Part shown: piece by piece, positions 61,298-64,000 of the stretch
Layout of the letters: every line of letters starts with the position of its first letter
Numbering within the stretch: the stretch's first letter is position 1
DNA from: Anthoceros angustus
Lineage: Eukaryota > Plantae > Anthocerotophyta
DNA: 64,000 nt
Reading direction: 5' to 3'
Assembly (NCBI GenBank): GCA_010909165.1
Contig: VJWM01000134.1
Location: forward strand, 496,001-560,000
Position numbers and translations under genes: made by a program
The notes under the pieces: model-generated
Databases searched by the model: none
What the model was told of the DNA's origin: nothing
What the model saw: the letters and a program-made list of their open reading frames with translations, nothing else

Positions 61298-61582
61298 TCA
61301 ACAAGCCTTAACGGCGTCCGCCTTCTCCAGCTTCCCCTGGTTGATCACGTTCCATAAATAGCGGCCGCTAGCCATATCCACTAAAGTCCAAAAGAATGAG
61401 GCTGCCTTCGACGAAGCCCTGGACAAGGAGCAGCCGTTTTCCCTCGCAGCAGCAGATCCGCTCTTCCCATCCCTTTCCGCATTCACGATAACCTCCTCTG
61501 CCGGCGCCAGAAAGCTCTTCCACGCAAAGTACAAGGCAAACATACCCGAAAAGAAGATGAGCAGGAACCTCATCGGACACAT
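61298..61582 (-). CDS. Small conserved plant membrane protein (MCP.RFLL..FS... / FW..VDMASGRYLW family)
   Basis: 94-aa ORF with both family motifs; function unknown. Confidence 0.85.
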   Translation of the reverse strand: MCPMRFLLIFFSGMFALYFAWKSFLAPAEEVIVNAERDGKSGSAAARENGCSLSRASSKAASFFWTLVDMASGRYLWNVINQGKLEKADAVKAC

Positions 61583-61999
61583 CTTGCCCTAGTCCCAAAT
61601 GCCGCCCTGCGCCCGGATCTGACAACCCTGGGAAGCCTTTCCGCCAGAGACCTGTTGACAGCAGCTGAGGGCCCCTGAGCTAGTCCTTTCTCTTAGTAAC
61701 GACAGGATGAACACCGCCAGACGTCAGACCCTCGCCCGGAGCTGGATCTGCCCTTCACCGAGATAGTCGTAAACGAGGCAGAGAAAGGCCAGCGTGCGAA
61801 GCCCTTATGGCAGAGACGGCCAGCTACCGATCCACGAATGCCTCCTGTGAGAGCCCGAGAACAGCATGAAGCGCCCAACATCAAACATGAAACGCGACCG
61901 AGCAGTGAGACGCGAGATGGCTCAAAAGGAAGACGCCGATGACCAGGTCCACGCGAACCGAAGCTACGAAGGGCCAAACAGGATGACCAACCATTAGTT

Positions 62000-63261
62000 A
62001 AACTGACATAAAACGGCTGCCTCCTCCGCGTCCCTGAAGACACACAAGATAAAGTCATACCAAAGAGAGCAGGCAAGTCAAGTTTTGAGCGCCTGGCTGG
62101 CCACAGTCTTCACCCGCCTAAGAGCTTCCCTATATCCCGCCTCTCAGCCGGTGAGTGGTAGGAGGGAAGTTTAAGGTAGGTTGCAACTGCCGCGTCTTCT
62201 CGGGAAACAGAGCTGGCCGTGTTGACCGGGCCATGTTCCGTTAATAACCTCGCAGCTGTGGAGAGTGCACTGTCGACAGCGTCGAGGCCGGAGGGTTCTG
62301 GGCTGGAGTTTCTCGGAACATGGTGACCGGGAATGCTCGTGGGCTCTTCCCCTTCCCCTTCCGCTTCTGCTTCCTGCAACTTGCAAGACTATCACATGCG
62401 ATTCTCAGCATCACAAAGGAGGATTCTCACAACGCTAGGGTTGCAGCTTGCTTTCTGGTAGCACTTGAGGCTTTTGCTCCAGCCTCATTTAATGGTTTCG
62501 GTCTATGAAAAACAAAGTCTCCACCTGCTCCCTCCCTTAGAGACAGGACAGGGAAGGGTTACATCGTAATTTGCGATACAATTTGAAAAACATGTTAGAA
62601 AAAGAAAATCCTGACTTTGGGAAAAGGGAAAGAGCTACTCCCAAGGACAGGATCTTGCCCGGCATGCTCCGAACTGGTTGCAAGGAAGAAGAGTGACAAC
62701 TCCCAAGTCAGGTCCATCCGTCTCCACCTTTATCAACCATATCTTGCCTTGCCCTACCTTCCTTCGGATTGGAGTCCTTATTTTAATGTAGATGGCCGTC
62801 CCACTGGCCTTCGGAATGCAGCCCTTACATTTTGTCCTGCAAATGGAAGCCGAACGTGGCGGATTGGAATTTGCCGGCTGTTTGTGGCTTTCTCAAGAAC
62901 ACAACGTGGTGATAGGGAAAGCCCCGGCTACAGTGTACAGTATTACAGTTCCCGGGCACCACAATTGTATGGCATGGTGGGATGCCCGCCAGTCTCTGTC
63001 TATAAAGGCATAAGTATCTACATCCACCGTCCACAACATGTAGACGTTTTTCAAACAAAATGTGAGGATATTTGTCCCAGCTTTCGAGGTAGAGCATATA
63101 CAGGGTGAAAGGGACACGTCGCATCCAGCGCGTTGCGTGCGGAATGCGCATGTGGCCAGGAGTATGTAGTACAGAAACGAAGGGAGTGTCGGCGCCAATA
63201 GGGGAGGGGCAGGTGGAAGAATGTAAGTGGATAACCGCCCCGGAAGCTTCTGGGGCGGCAT
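62000..63261 (-). CDS. Probable multi-exon gene of unidentified product
   Basis: Open exon-like blocks (62110-62379, 62825-63151, 62893-63261) with plausible donors/acceptors (AAT/GTAAG 62829, AAA/GTCAG 62616, TTGCAG/GAA 62373, CTTCAG/GGA 62034); no family recognised. Confidence 0.3.
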
Positions 63262-63624
63262 TTTTCTTTTAGAACATTTGTGGTATGTAAATTCAAAGCG
63301 GACTCATATCCACGTGAGGCGAAGGTACTACTGTACAGAGTACACCGGTGTGTTGGAAGGAAAAGCCCCACACCTACCGATCCAGACCGACAGCCAACTT
63401 GCCTGATAGAGTGCAATCGGTGGGAAACCCGTGCCGCCTCGGCCAGTGGCGGGCAGCCTGAAAAAAAAATTGGGTGGCAGATGCGGCCTCGCTTCGCTCC
63501 CCTTCCGTGCCCGCTTATGTACAATTGGAGCTGCCAACGCCATCACAACACTCGAGCAAGATGAATTCGGGCGTCTGGTGTGGTCCCGGATCTGTAAATA
63601 GGGGGGATTAGCGAGTAGCACAGC

Positions 63625-64000
63625 TTAGGCGGCCATGGGAGTAGGTAATCTCCGCTCCATCCCCTCAACCCCGAGCTGCGGGACCATCTCCGTGAGCAGC
63701 TTCCTGGCCGTCTGCGTGCCGAGGTCGATGCTGGACTCCACATTGCTGGCAATGTCGAACACGATGCTCTCGAGCATGGCGGAGTCCGGTCTCTGCGACT
63801 TCTGGCGGCTCTGGTCCCGCAGCAGCTGCAGCAGAGTGCGCGCCTTCTGCTGCCCTGTCTGCGTGCCCTGCACTGTGAGCTCCAGCAGGCCCGGGATCAC
63901 TCCCTCTCCCAAGATGGCGTCCCTGTACCGCTCCCGGCTGCTCTGGCACATGGAGAGCAGGATGCTCACGGCCCGCTCCCGGCTGGCCAGCGAGCCGTCC
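63625..64000 (-). CDS. ARM-repeat protein, 3' end (partial)
   Basis: RERAVSILLSMCQSSRERYRDAILGEGVIPGLLELTVQGT...QKARTLLQLLRD...LESIVFDIAS, typical of plant ARM/PUB-like proteins. Confidence 0.88.
   Translation of the reverse strand, partial: DGSLASRERAVSILLSMCQSSRERYRDAILGEGVIPGLLELTVQGTQTGQQKARTLLQLLRDQSRQKSQRPDSAMLESIVFDIASNVESSIDLGTQTARKLLTEMVPQLGVEGMERRLPTPMAA

Overview
Eukaryotic nuclear DNA from a compact-genome, GC-rich, short-intron land plant (a non-seed plant such as a hornwort or lycophyte is my inference from the gene set and intron sizes, not a verified assignment). The window has two halves. (1) About 1-32 kb is a nested graveyard of transposons: Ty3/gypsy elements arranged in tandem around one shared LTR, a Ty1/copia remnant fused directly to a gypsy integrase, short copia-type LTRs, a CACTA terminus, two tail-to-tail decayed CACTA transposases, a possible LINE remnant, and several tandem arrays. 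Many frameshifts here look like homopolymer/indel noise, so exact ORF limits are uncertain. (2) About 32-64 kb is gene-dense: an ABC1/ADCK2-type kinase with an internal in-frame 1.29 kb tandem duplication, COG8, COQ9, RFC2, a CXIP4-like zinc-knuckle gene, tRNA-Leu(CAG), an RH22-like DEAD-box helicase, acireductone dioxygenase, an AT-rich aspartic-protease-fold gene with both catalytic motifs degenerate, a CASP-like gene, a small conserved membrane protein and the 3' end of an ARM-repeat gene. Most notable: an uncharacterised accessory ORF family shared by two different retroelements, the microhomology-bounded in-frame kinase duplication, the probable pseudo-protease, the copia/gypsy chimera, and RG-rich/winged-helix-like repeats next to the CACTA transposase. 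All homology calls are by eye; no searches were run.
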